A DNA stretch of 64,000 bases. It comes from Chloroflexota bacterium (lineage in GTDB: Bacteria > Chloroflexota > UBA11872 > VXOZ01). Numbering within the stretch: the first letter of the stretch is position 1; each line of letters opens with the position of its first letter. Below are positions 32,220-43,715 of this stretch, in pieces. A model generated the notes under the pieces. It worked only from the letters and a program-made list of their open reading frames with translations, was not told where the DNA came from and ran no database searches. The translations under genes were made by a program, and so were the position numbers. Location of the stretch: assembly GCA_963663275.1 (NCBI GenBank), contig OY760183.1, forward strand, positions 480,001-544,000. The letters are read 5' to 3'.

Positions 32220-32684
32220 CTAGGCCGTGGGATGCGGCGCGCGTCCGCGGGAGGCGCACCACTCCTCATACGACGGCACGTCCTCACCGACGACGTAGAG
32301 AAAGTAGTACGCGCCGGTATCGCCCAGAAAGCCAAAGCGCTTGCACAGGTCCTTGACCGCGGCCTCGAAGCCGCCGTGGGAACGCAGGTAGCCCTTAAAG
32401 CTCCCGTGCTCTTCCTCCAGAGCGCGCATCGCCTGGGCATTCTTGACGATGGCGGCCAGCTTGCGCCGGTTGCGGATCACGCGCTTGTCCTGCGCCAGTT
32501 CGTCCAGGTCTCTCTCGCTCAGGAACGCCAGCGCGACCGGATCGAAATCGCGCATGGCCTCCTTGAGGCCGGGCCACTTGGCTTCCACCACCCGCCACGA
32601 CATGCCGCTCTGAAAGATCGCCTTGCACATTACTTCCAGATAATCGGCCAGACTCTGCGGCGAGATCTTCTGCGGCGCTTCCAT
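32220..32684 (-). CDS. DNA-3-methyladenine glycosylase I family (short form)
   Basis: FQSGMSW.VV..K, IRNRRK..AIV.NA, L.KRF.F.G. Confidence 0.85.
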   Translation of the reverse strand: MEAPQKISPQSLADYLEVMCKAIFQSGMSWRVVEAKWPGLKEAMRDFDPVALAFLSERDLDELAQDKRVIRNRRKLAAIVKNAQAMRALEEEHGSFKGYLRSHGGFEAAVKDLCKRFGFLGDTGAYYFLYVVGEDVPSYEEWCASRGRAPHPTA

Positions 32685-32895
32685 AGTGGACTCTCCTGAT
32701 AGGCGGGCAATGCAAAGACAGGTACGCGGTACCACGGGGGAACAAACGAGCGGCCCATCCAGTATGGCAGAATCGGCGGTTTTGGGCAAAACGGCAAAGA
32801 AGCGGCGGGCGCTGCCCGCGGCCGCGCCCCGCGCTTGTGGACAAGCCCGCGAAAGCGGTATAATCGGGCGAAAGCCAACGAAAGGCAACGAACCT

Positions 32896-33207
32896 GTGAA
32901 AGACCCAGAGCCTACCGCCGCCATTACCCGCGCCGACGTGCGGCACGTGGCAGACCTGGCGCGGCTGGCGCTTTCGGATGAAGAGGAAGCGCGTTTCCAG
33001 CATCAGCTCAGCGGCGTCTTCGCCCACTTCCAGCAACTCAGCGCGTTGGACACCGACCGCATACCTCCAACGGCGCAGGTCATCCCGCTTGAGAACGTCA
33101 TGCGGCCGGACGCGGTCGCGCCCTCGCTGCCCGCGCCGGACGTGCTCGCCAACGCGCCGGAGCGCGAAGGCGATCAGTTCCGCGTGCGCGCCATCTTGGA
33201 TTTCTAG
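32896..33207 (+). CDS. gatC: Asp/Glu-tRNA amidotransferase subunit C
   Basis: ITRADVRHVADLARL, NVMRPD, NAP; upstream of gatA. Confidence 0.93.
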   Translation: MKDPEPTAAITRADVRHVADLARLALSDEEEARFQHQLSGVFAHFQQLSALDTDRIPPTAQVIPLENVMRPDAVAPSLPAPDVLANAPEREGDQFRVRAILDF

Positions 33208-33254
33208 TGCCGCGTCACCTTGATTTGAGCAATAGCCAACCCCTGAGCATGCCC

Positions 33255-33385
33255 TCTCTCTCGAGGAAGAGGACTCCGCGCTCATCCCCTCTCCGGAGGA
33301 AGAGGGCCCCGCGCTTATCCCCTCTCCGGAGGAAGAAAGCTCCGCTCTTATCCCCTCTCCCTGGGGAGAGGGTTAGGGTGAGGGG
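33255..33385. repeat. 33-bp degenerate tandem repeat ending in a CCCTCTCC..GGGAGAGGG REP
   Basis: ..GCTTATCCCCTCTCCGGAGGAAGA.. x3. Confidence 0.7.
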
Positions 33386-33424
33386 AACCATTGGGACAAA
33401 ACCAGATTGGCCAGGCACTAATCC

Positions 33425-34899
33425 GTGAACCTCAGCGCACTCACCGTCCACGAAGCCCAAGACCGGCTGCGCGGCGGTGAAATCACGTCTATCGAACTCA
33501 CCGAGGCCGTCCTGGCGCGGATCGAGGCCGTCGACCGGACCATACGCGCCTACGTCACCGTGACTCCGGACCAGGCGCGGGAGCAGGCGCAAGCGGCCGA
33601 CGCGCGGTTCGCCCGGGAAGGCGCTTCCGCGCCGCCGTTGCTGGGCATCCCCGCCGCCATCAAAGACGTGGTCAGCACCAAGGGCGTCCGCACCACCTGC
33701 TCCTCCCGCATGTTGCGGAACTACGTGCCGCCCTACGACGCCACCGTCATGGAGAAGTTGAACGCGCAGGGCAGCGTGCTGGCGGGCAAGACCAACATGG
33801 ACGAATTTGCCATGGGTTCCAGCACCGAGCACTCGGCGTTCTTCCCCACCCGCAACCCGTGGGATACGGAACGGGTGCCGGGCGGCTCCAGCGGCGGCTC
33901 GGCGGCGGCGGTGGCGGCCGATGAAGCGATCTTTGCGCTGGGCTCCGATACCGGCGGCTCCATTCGCCAGCCGGCCGCCCTCTGCGGCGTGGTGGGCATG
34001 AAGCCGACCTACGGCCGCGTCTCGCGCTACGGCTTGGTCGCCTTCGCCTCGTCGCTGGACCAGATCGGCCCGCTCACCAAGGACGTCAGCGATTGCGCGA
34101 TTGTGCTGGAGGCGATCTGCGGCCATGACCCCCGCGACGCCACCTCCGCGCCGCGGCCCGTGCCCAACTGGCCGGAGGAGATGAAGCAGGACGTGCGCGG
34201 CCTGCGGGTGGGCGTGCCGCGCGAGTACTTTGGCAACGGCGCCGATCCGGCGGTGGAACAAGCGGTGCGCGACGCCATCGACCAGGTGGCGGCCCTGGGC
34301 GTGGAAGTGGAGGACGTTTCGCTGCCGCACACCGACCACGCGCTGGCCACCTACTACATCATCGCCCCCGCCGAGGCCAGCGCCAACCTGGCGCGCTACG
34401 ACGGCATCAAGTACGGCTACGCCGCGCAAGACGCCGAGACCATGTGGGAGGCCTACAGCCGCACCCGGGGCGAGGGTTTCGGTTCCGAGGTGAAGCGGCG
34501 CATTCTCATCGGCGCCCACGCGCTCTCCAGCGGCTACTACGACGCCTACTACCTGAAAGCCCAGAAAGTGCGAACGCTGATCGCGGAAGACTTCCGGCAG
34601 GCGTTCGCAAGCGTGGACGCGCTGGTCTGCCCCACCTCCGCCACCACGGCCTTCAAGCTGGGCGAACGCATGGACGATCCGCTGAGCATGTATCTCTCCG
34701 ACCTGTACACGCTGCCCGGCAACGTGGCGGGCCTGCCCGGCATTTCGCTGCCGTGCGGCCTCGCCGGCGGGCTGCCGGTCGGGTTGCAATTTCTAGGCCG
34801 GCCGTTTGACGAATCTACCCTCTTGCGGCTGGCGTACGCCTACGAACAAGCGAGCGGCGCCCGTTACAAACCGGCCCTCTCCCAAGGAGCAACGCACGC

Positions 34900-34903
<4 letters not shown>
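33425..34903 (+). CDS. gatA: Asp/Glu-tRNA amidotransferase subunit A
   Basis: GKTNMDEFAMGSS, PGGSSGGS, GSDTGGSIRQPA. Confidence 0.97.
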
Positions 34904-36120
<1,217 letters not shown>

Positions 36121-36355
36121 AATTCAGAGCACTAGTTAGCATTCAGTCCACATGATTGTCTTTAGATGATTCACCCTCACCCTAACCCTCTCCCTGAGGG
36201 AGAGGGGACAAGAGTCAGCCGGGCAAGGCTCTAGTTAGCCTCCACCGCTCCCTCTCCCTGAGGGAGAGGGGACAAGAGTGGCTCCCTCCGCTCCCTCTCC
36301 CTGAGGGAGAGGGCCGGGGTGAGGGGGGAATCTGCGCCACCACGGGAGACGCGCC

Positions 36356-36483
36356 CATCCGGTAGCGTAGGTTTCCAACCTGCGCACATAGCGGAACTCG
36401 CGCACATCCGGTAGCGCAGGTTTCCAACCTGCGCCATCGCGGAACTCGCACACATCCGGTAGCGTAGGTTTCCAACCTGCGCA
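36356..36483. repeat. Three tandem GTAG REP units (48-49-bp period)
   Basis: CATCCGGTAGCG[C/T]AGGTTTCCAACCTGCGC x3. Confidence 0.88.
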
Positions 36484-36501
36484 CTTCGGCAAGGAGAGGC
36501 T

Positions 36502-37968
36502 ATGGAAACAACCGTAGCGGAGAAATACCGCACCGTCATCGGCCTGGAGTTCCACGTCCAGCTTTTGACGGAGAGCAAGATGTTCTGCGCGTGCAGCGCG
36601 CAGTACGCCGCCAACCCGCCGAACACCGTCGTCTGTCCGGTCTGCCTCGGCTTGCCGGGCGCGTTGCCGGTCATCAACGAGAAGGTCATCGAGTGCATCG
36701 TCATGACGGGCATGGCGCTGAACTGCACGATCCCCGAATTCGCCAAGTTCGACCGCAAGAACTATCCCTATCCCGACCTGCCCAAGGGCTACCAGATCTC
36801 CCAGTACGACCTGCCCTTCTGCATCGAAGGCAGCCTGCAACTGGACGAGGAAGACGGCGGGCGCACCATTGGCATCACGCGCGTCCATCAGGAAGAAGAC
36901 ACGGCCAAGTCCACCCACGTCACGGCGGCCAGCGGCGAACGCTATTCGCTGGTGGACTTCAACCGTTCAGGCGTGCCCCTGATGGAAGTGGTCACCGAGC
37001 CGGACATCGCCTCGCCCCAGGAGGCGGCGGCCTTTGGGCGCAAGTTGCGCCAGATCGTGCGCTATCTCGGCATCTCCACCGGCAACATGGAAGACGGCGC
37101 CATGCGCTGCGACGCCAATATCTCCATCTGGCCGGCGGAAGCGCCGCTGGGAGACATCAAAGTCGAAGTGAAGAACATGAACTCCTTCCGTGCCGTGGAG
37201 CGGGCGCTGCTCTACGAACAGGAGCGCCAGACCCGCATTCTGGAGAGCGGCAATGACACCCGCGTCACCGAGACCCGCGGCTGGGTGGAAACCACCGGCG
37301 AGACCGTATCGCAGCGCACGAAAGAGGAAGCCCACGACTACCGCTACTTTCCCGAGCCGGACCTGCCGCCTCTGAACCTCTCCCGGGACTGGGTGGACGC
37401 GGTCAGGCAGGAACTGCCGGAGTTGCCCGCCGCCAAGAAACAGCGTTTCATGGCGGAGCACGGCCTCTCGGCCTACGACGCGGCCTTGCTCACGCAATCG
37501 CGCGACCTGGCGGACTATTTCGAGGCGGCGTCCGCGCGCGCCAGGAACGCGAAGGCCGCGGCGAACTGGATGTCGCGCAATTTGCTGCAACGCCTGAACG
37601 AATCCGATACCGACATCACCGCCTGCAAGATCGCGCCGGAGGCTCTGGGCGAGATGATCCTGCTCATAGAATCGGGCGAAATCAGCAACCGCACCGCGCA
37701 GGAAGTCTTCGACAAGATGTTCGACACCGGCAAGAGCGCCCAGGCGATCGTGCAAGAACAAGGCCTGGCGCAAATCAGCGACGAGGACGCGCTGGAGGAA
37801 ATTGCCGCCCAGGTGATTGCGGAAAACCCCGCCGCTGTGCAAGACTTTAAACAGGGGAAGAAGCGCGCCGTCGGCTTCTTGGTCGGCCAGGTGATGAAAG
37901 CCACCCGCGGCAAGGCGAACCCCGGCATCGTCAATCAGAAACTGCAAGCGATGCTGCGCCGCGTTTGA
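36502..37968 (+). CDS. gatB: Asp/Glu-tRNA amidotransferase subunit B
   Basis: IGLEFHVQL, FDRKNY.YPD, HDYRYFPEPDL, GQVMKAT.GKANP. Confidence 0.97.
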   Translation: METTVAEKYRTVIGLEFHVQLLTESKMFCACSAQYAANPPNTVVCPVCLGLPGALPVINEKVIECIVMTGMALNCTIPEFAKFDRKNYPYPDLPKGYQISQYDLPFCIEGSLQLDEEDGGRTIGITRVHQEEDTAKSTHVTAASGERYSLVDFNRSGVPLMEVVTEPDIASPQEAAAFGRKLRQIVRYLGISTGNMEDGAMRCDANISIWPAEAPLGDIKVEVKNMNSFRAVERALLYEQERQTRILESGNDTRVTETRGWVETTGETVSQRTKEEAHDYRYFPEPDLPPLNLSRDWVDAVRQELPELPAAKKQRFMAEHGLSAYDAALLTQSRDLADYFEAASARARNAKAAANWMSRNLLQRLNESDTDITACKIAPEALGEMILLIESGEISNRTAQEVFDKMFDTGKSAQAIVQEQGLAQISDEDALEEIAAQVIAENPAAVQDFKQGKKRAVGFLVGQVMKATRGKANPGIVNQKLQAMLRRV

Positions 37969-38090
37969 ACCCCTCGCGGCCCGCGCGCGAGAAGCCGCCC
38001 CCACGCGATAGTCCGCCCGGCTCGACGCAGAGCCGGGGCTACGCGCCGTACCCCGGCAGAGACGCCGGTGACTCAGGAGGCAGGAGTAGC

Positions 38091-39359
38091 ATGGCAGAGC
38101 TTATCGAACAACAACCCCGCGTCAATCCGCTCACCATCGCCCTGGAACAGTTCGACCGCGCGGCGGATACCTTGCACCTGGACGACGACATGCGCAAGGT
38201 GCTGCGCGTTCCCAAGCGCGAACTGACGGTGAACTTCCCGGTGCGCATGGACGACGGCCGGCTGGAGATGTTCTCCGGCTACCGGGTGCAACACAACGTG
38301 AATCGCGGCCCGGCCAAAGGCGGCATTCGCTTCGCCCCGGACGTGGACATCGAGGAAGTGCGCGCCCTGGCCATGTGGATGACGTGGAAGTGCGCCCTGG
38401 TGGGCATTCCCTACGGCGGCGCGAAAGGCGGCGTGGCCTGCAACCCCAAGCAACTCTCCCGCACCGAACTGGAAGGCCTGACCCGGCGCTTTACCACCGA
38501 AATCTACACGCTCATCGGACCGGAGGCCGACATACCCGCGCCCGACATGAATACGGATTCCCAGATCATGGCGTGGATCATGGATACCTACAGCATGCAG
38601 CGGGGCTATTCCGTGCCCGCGGTCGTGACCGGCAAACCCCTGGAAATCGGCGGCTCCGCCGGCAGAACGGAAGCCACCGGCCGCGGCGTGACCTACGTGC
38701 TGGAAGAGGTGCTGGGCCACTACGGCGAGCGGCTGGAAGGCAAGACCATCGCCATTCAGGGCTTCGGCAACGTGGGGGCGCACGCCGCCGAGTTGCTCGC
38801 CGCCCAGGGCGCGCGGGTGGTGGCCATCTCGGACATCAGCGGCGCGGTCTACAACGCCCGGGGACTGGACGTCAACGCGGCGCTGCAAATCAAGAACGAG
38901 GGCGTACTGGTGAGCGACCTGCCCGGCGGCGAACGCATCAGCAACGACGAACTGCTGGAACTGCCGGTGGATATTCTGGTGCCGGCCGCCGTCCACGGCC
39001 AGCTTACGGCGGAGAACGCGGACCACATCCGCGCCCGCTTCATCGCCGAAGCCGCCAACGGCCCCACCACGCCCGAGGCGGACGAAATCCTGCGCGAGCG
39101 GGGCATCACGGTCATCCCGGACGTGCTCTGCAACGCCGGCGGCGTGACCGTCTCCTACTTCGAGTGGGTGCAGGGCCTCCAGTCGTTCTTCTGGGAGATC
39201 GAACAAATCCGGCGGCGGCTCAAGAGCATCCTCAGCCGCGCGACGCGCGAGACCATCGCCACCGCGGAGAAGTACGACGTAGACCTGCGCATGGGCGCGT
39301 CCGCGCTCGGCGTAAGCCGCGTGGCCGAAGCGACGATGTCTCGCGGCATCTACCCCTGA
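38091..39359 (+). CDS. gdhA: Glu/Leu/Phe/Val dehydrogenase (glutamate dehydrogenase)
   Basis: GPAKGGIRF, GGAKGG, DIPAPD, QGFGNVG, NAGGVTVSYFEW. Confidence 0.93.
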   Translation: MAELIEQQPRVNPLTIALEQFDRAADTLHLDDDMRKVLRVPKRELTVNFPVRMDDGRLEMFSGYRVQHNVNRGPAKGGIRFAPDVDIEEVRALAMWMTWKCALVGIPYGGAKGGVACNPKQLSRTELEGLTRRFTTEIYTLIGPEADIPAPDMNTDSQIMAWIMDTYSMQRGYSVPAVVTGKPLEIGGSAGRTEATGRGVTYVLEEVLGHYGERLEGKTIAIQGFGNVGAHAAELLAAQGARVVAISDISGAVYNARGLDVNAALQIKNEGVLVSDLPGGERISNDELLELPVDILVPAAVHGQLTAENADHIRARFIAEAANGPTTPEADEILRERGITVIPDVLCNAGGVTVSYFEWVQGLQSFFWEIEQIRRRLKSILSRATRETIATAEKYDVDLRMGASALGVSRVAEATMSRGIYP

Positions 39360-39370
39360 GCAAGCCAAAG

Positions 39371-39563
39371 GAGACCTTGCATCACCCCTTCCCCATCGAG
39401 GGCTGACAGGGGTATGTATTCTATAATCGACTTCACGTGTCATTCCGAACGGAGCGCAGCGGAGAGAGGAATCTAAGGCGCTGCATTGCAATATCATCTC
39501 TTCTAGATTCCGCGAACCCTGTTCGACGCTCCGCTCGGAATGACGGAGTTACGCAAAGGTTTC
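39371..39563. mobile_element. Chimeric MITE A/B copy
   Basis: GAGACCTTGC... directly followed by a GGGCTGACAGGGGTA end; closes with GTTACGCAAAGGTTTC. Confidence 0.7.
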
Positions 39564-39646
39564 CAATAGAGAGAGGGCGGGTCGTCTGGCGACCCGCCCT
39601 CTCTTCGATTTCACGGCTAGTCCGCCCGTTCGGCGGGCATTGCGCC

Positions 39647-40444
39647 TTACTCGATGGCAAACGTCACGCGCACGTGCGCGGTCACGCCGACCGTGCCGCC
39701 CTGCACCGGCGGGGCGTAGCCGCCGCCGTCGAAGGCCGCTTCCGCTCTGGCCGCGAACGCCCGCGCCTGCGGCCGCTCGATGTACTCCTCATTCACCATC
39801 AGGGCGTCGCCCAGCGTGACGCCCAGCGTATCGGCGATGGTCTGGGCTTTCGCCTGGGCGTCCAGCACGGCGGCGATGAGCGCGTCGGTTACGATCGCCT
39901 CCGTGTCGCTAAGGCCGAACTGGATGCCGCTCACCGTGTTCGCGCCGGCCGACACCGCCGCGTCCAGCACCTCTCCCGCCATTTCGATTTCGTGCACGGT
40001 AACGGAAACCGTGTTCTGCGCCCGGTAGCCGATGACTTCCCGCGGCCCCTCGGCAAACCGGTCCTGGTCGTCATAGACGGGATAGAGGTTGATGCCGGCA
40101 GTCTGAATGTCCTCATCTTCGATGCCGAGGTGCTGCAGTTCGTGGATGACCTCGGCCATCTGCTCGCTGTTCAGCGACAGAGCCTCCATCGCGGTATCGC
40201 CCGTGGCTTGCACCCCCAGCGAGAGGATGACCAGGTCGGGCTTGGCGCTCGCCGTGCCCTGTCCCGAAACGCTAATGCTGCGCTCGCTCGCCTCCCCATG
40301 GCCTTCGTCGACCACGGCCGCGGCCGGCGCCTCCGCTTCCGCCGCGCTGGACGCGGCCTGCACCGCCGCGGCCCCGCACGCCGGCAAGAGCAGCACGCTC
40401 GCTATAATTGCCAGCAATCCGATGAACTTCCTGGTGATACCCAC
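39647..40444 (-). CDS. SIMPL (DUF541) domain lipoprotein
   Basis: ISVSGQG...KPD...LGV, IQT..INLYPVY, A.AKA..IA..LG. Confidence 0.9.
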   Translation of the reverse strand: MGITRKFIGLLAIIASVLLLPACGAAAVQAASSAAEAEAPAAAVVDEGHGEASERSISVSGQGTASAKPDLVILSLGVQATGDTAMEALSLNSEQMAEVIHELQHLGIEDEDIQTAGINLYPVYDDQDRFAEGPREVIGYRAQNTVSVTVHEIEMAGEVLDAAVSAGANTVSGIQFGLSDTEAIVTDALIAAVLDAQAKAQTIADTLGVTLGDALMVNEEYIERPQARAFAARAEAAFDGGGYAPPVQGGTVGVTAHVRVTFAIE

Positions 40445-40615
40445 GACGGCCCTCCTTTTGAAAAACGATGCTTCACTACAGTGAATGGTACTCAGTTGCG
40501 GCGTAGAACGACCTTGCTACGGCTCTTACGTGAGGGCGAAGAAGCACTCTATGCCTATGCTACCATACGAAGTTGTAGGGTTGCTGATGCGAACGTCTAC
40601 CTTGGGAGAATCCCC

Positions 40616-42502
40616 GTGTCGATTCCGGTGGAAGCCGCCCGCGAGCGCATGTCCGGCGTCCCCTTGCTGCCCGGGTGCTACCTCTTTCGCGATCGCAAGG
40701 GCGCGGTGCTCTACGTGGGCAAAGCCAAGCTGCTGCGCAATCGCGTGCGGTCGTACTTCGGCCGCCAGGACCGCATGCCCTGGAAGACCCGCAGCATGGT
40801 GGAAAACGCCGCCACGCTGGAGTACATCATCACCGACACGGAGATCGAGGCGCTGGTGCTGGAGAGCAATCTCATCAAGCACCACCGCCCGCGCTACAAC
40901 GTCGTCTTGCGCGACGACAAGTCGTTTCTCTACCTCAAAGTCACCCTGAACGAACGCTACCCCCGCGTGTTGACAACCCGCCGCATCCTGGACGACGGCG
41001 CGCAATACTATGGTCCCTACACCAGCGCCTACAGCCTGCGCGACACCCTGAACCTGCTCAACCGGCTCTTTCCCTACCGGTCGTGCGCCTTGGACATGGA
41101 GAAGGAGTACGAACGCCCCTGCTTGGACTACCACATCAACCGCTGCGCCGGACCGTGCGTCGGCGCGGTGACCCAGGAGGGCTACGGCGGCATCATCGAG
41201 CAGGTCACGCGCTTCTTGGAGGGCCGGCCGGGCGACGTAATCCAGAATCTCCGCGCCGACATGCGGGAAGCGTCGGACGCGCTGGAGTTCGAACGCGCGG
41301 CGGCAATGCGCGACCGCATCCGGGCGGTTGAGCGCGTCCTGGAACGCCAAAAAATCACAAACATTAGGCAAGGGGACATCGACGTCATCGGCTTCGCCCG
41401 CGAGCACGACGAGGCCTGCGTGCAGGTCTTCAGCATTCGCGGCGGCCACCTGCTGGGACGCGAAAACTTCATCCTGGAGCACGTGTCCGACGAGGAAGAC
41501 CGGGACGTGATCCGGGACTTCCTGCAGCAGTTCTATGGCCGCAGCATGCAGATTCCCCAGGCGCTCTTCCTGCCGGTAGGCATTCGCGGCGCGGAGTTGC
41601 TGCGCGCGTGGCTGCGGGAGCGGCGCGGCGGCAGCGTGACGCTGAGTGTGCCCAAGATCGGCGAGAAGCGCCGGCTGGTGGAGTTGGCGGGAAACAACGC
41701 CCGCCAGGGCCTGCAGGACCACCGCCTGCGGCACCTGGACAGCCAGCAGCGGGCGCAGGTGGCGCTGACCGAACTGGCCGACACGCTGGATCTGGACGCG
41801 CCGCCGGTGCGCATCGAGTGCTACGACATTTCGAACATACAAGGCGCGTACACGGTGGGCGCGATGGCGGTGTTCGTTGCCGGTCTGCCGAGCACCGGCG
41901 ACTACCGCCGCTTCCGCATCAACTCCGTAGACGGCCCCAACGACTACGCCAGCTTGCAGGAGATGCTGACCCGGCGGCTGAAACGCCTCAGCGAGCAGCG
42001 CGCGGAGGAGGAGACGGGAAAAGAAGAGAAGGCTGCGGACGGGCAGGTGGATGCGGACGCCCTGGACTCATGGGGCATGAAGCCCGATTTGCTCGTGATC
42101 GACGGCGGCAAGGGGCAACTCAACGCGGTGCTGGAGGTGCTGGCGAACCTGGCCCTGCACGATATTCCGGCTCTGGGTCTGGCCAAGCAGCGCGAGGAGA
42201 TTTTTCTCCCCGGCGCGCCCCGGCCGATTACCCTGGAGGAACGGTCCGAGGCGCGCAAACTGCTGCAACGCATCCGCGACGAGGCCCACCGCTTCGCGAT
42301 TACCTACCACCGCACGGTGCGCACCAAGCACACCCTCGGTTCCCTGCTCGATAAAGTGCCCGGCATTGGCGTCAAGCGGAAAGTGGCGCTGCTGCAGCAC
42401 TTTGGCAGCGTGGACGCGATCCGGGAGGCGTCGGTCGAGGTCCTGGCCGGCGCGCCCAAGATGAACCGCTCCGTGGCGGAGAAGGTGAAGGAACACCTGT
42501 AA
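40616..42502 (+). CDS. uvrC: Excinuclease ABC subunit C
   Basis: YVGKAK.LRNRV.SY (GIY-YIG), ECYDISN, IDGGKGQL, RDEAHRFA, HhH. Confidence 0.97.
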   Translation: MSIPVEAARERMSGVPLLPGCYLFRDRKGAVLYVGKAKLLRNRVRSYFGRQDRMPWKTRSMVENAATLEYIITDTEIEALVLESNLIKHHRPRYNVVLRDDKSFLYLKVTLNERYPRVLTTRRILDDGAQYYGPYTSAYSLRDTLNLLNRLFPYRSCALDMEKEYERPCLDYHINRCAGPCVGAVTQEGYGGIIEQVTRFLEGRPGDVIQNLRADMREASDALEFERAAAMRDRIRAVERVLERQKITNIRQGDIDVIGFAREHDEACVQVFSIRGGHLLGRENFILEHVSDEEDRDVIRDFLQQFYGRSMQIPQALFLPVGIRGAELLRAWLRERRGGSVTLSVPKIGEKRRLVELAGNNARQGLQDHRLRHLDSQQRAQVALTELADTLDLDAPPVRIECYDISNIQGAYTVGAMAVFVAGLPSTGDYRRFRINSVDGPNDYASLQEMLTRRLKRLSEQRAEEETGKEEKAADGQVDADALDSWGMKPDLLVIDGGKGQLNAVLEVLANLALHDIPALGLAKQREEIFLPGAPRPITLEERSEARKLLQRIRDEAHRFAITYHRTVRTKHTLGSLLDKVPGIGVKRKVALLQHFGSVDAIREASVEVLAGAPKMNRSVAEKVKEHL

Positions 42503-42532
42503 TTGCCCCCTCACCCTAACCCTCTCCCCCAG

Positions 42533-42672
42533 GAGACCTTTGCAAAGCTCCGTCATTCCGGCGAAAGCCGGAATCCAGAGGGCTTTTGCAACGAAACATA
42601 GCATGATGTCAAGCCATTTCACCCCCATCCCAACCTTCCCCCTCGATGGGGAAGGGGTTATGCAAATGGCTC
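42533..42672. mobile_element. MITE type A (140 bp)
   Basis: TIRs with CCCAG duplication, inserted in a CCCTCTCC..GGAGAGGG hairpin. Confidence 0.85.
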
Positions 42673-42881
42673 CCCAGGGAGAGGGAATCGGAGCAGCGCC
42701 GGATTGGCGCGACCATCCGTTTGTGTGTGGTCGACCTGTTCGTGCGTGGCCGACCTGTCTGTGCGTGGCCGTCCGTTCGTGGTGAGCCTGTCGAACCATG
42801 AACGGACGGTGGCGCGGACGGAAACCAACCGCTCTGCGCACAGGTTACCTTCAGGCGGTAGGGGCACGACATGTCGTGCCC

Positions 42882-43694
42882 CTACCGGCGGAGGCGCGCC
42901 TGGTTGATTTCCGCGTGGAGGGCGGCGGCCGCCCGCGCCGCTGCCTCGGCAAAGTCACGCCCATTGCCGGCGTAGAGGATGCTGCGCGAGGCGTTGATGA
43001 GCATAGGCGCGGAAGCGCCAGCAGCCCGCACCGACGCTTGCAGGTCGCCGCCCTGCGCGCCGATGCCCGGGATCAGCAGCGGCAGTTCCGGCGCGGCCTG
43101 GCGTACCCGCGCCAACTCGTCAGGGTACGTCGCGCCCGCAACCAAGCCGCAATTCTCGTTCTCGTTCCACGACTGCACTGCTGCGGCCACTGTGAGATAG
43201 AGGGGGTCTCCCGTTTGGCTGCGCACGTCCTGGAACTCCGGCGCGCCTGGATTGGACGTGCGGCAGAGCACAAAGACGCCATTCTCCGCACGATTGAGGA
43301 AGGGCGCCAGCGCCTCGGCGCCAAGATAGGGGTGCACGGTGGTGGCGTCAAAACCCAGCACGTCGAATATGGCTCTGGCGTAGTGGACGTTCGTGGAGTC
43401 CATATCGCCGCGCTTGGCATCGTCAATTGTGATCACGTCAGGTGGAATGTGCTGCCGAACCGCTTGCAGCGCGTCCAGGCCCCACGCGCCCATACTCTCG
43501 AAAAAAGCGGAATTGGGCTTGTAGGCGGCGGCGTATTGGTGGGTGGCCGCGATGATTTCGCGGCAAAAGATAATTACGCCTTCTTTGTTCGGCGGTACTC
43601 CTGTCGGCATGCGCGACACGTCCACGTCAAGGCCGATGCAGAGCGCGCTATTCTTGTCGGCGCATACTTGGCTCAGGCGGTCATTGAAATTCAT
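42882..43694 (-). CDS. pyrF: Orotidine-5'-phosphate decarboxylase (type 2)
   Basis: LCIGLD, YKPNSAFFE, DAKRGD, LIPGIGAQGG, NASRSI. Confidence 0.95.
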   Translation of the reverse strand: MNFNDRLSQVCADKNSALCIGLDVDVSRMPTGVPPNKEGVIIFCREIIAATHQYAAAYKPNSAFFESMGAWGLDALQAVRQHIPPDVITIDDAKRGDMDSTNVHYARAIFDVLGFDATTVHPYLGAEALAPFLNRAENGVFVLCRTSNPGAPEFQDVRSQTGDPLYLTVAAAVQSWNENENCGLVAGATYPDELARVRQAAPELPLLIPGIGAQGGDLQASVRAAGASAPMLINASRSILYAGNGRDFAEAAARAAAALHAEINQARLRR

Positions 43695-43715
43695 GAAGTT
43701 GCGCTTCTCCTCGCG

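Noticed and set aside
36356-36483. Possible mini-CRISPR (palindromic repeat with short spacers)
   Set aside because: The spacers are near-identical, and the repeat is a dispersed GTAG REP found throughout the window.
39437-40615. 1021-aa UvrC with a long N-terminal extension
   Set aside because: The extension is the antisense frame of the SIMPL gene and a MITE; UvrC similarity begins at about 40616.
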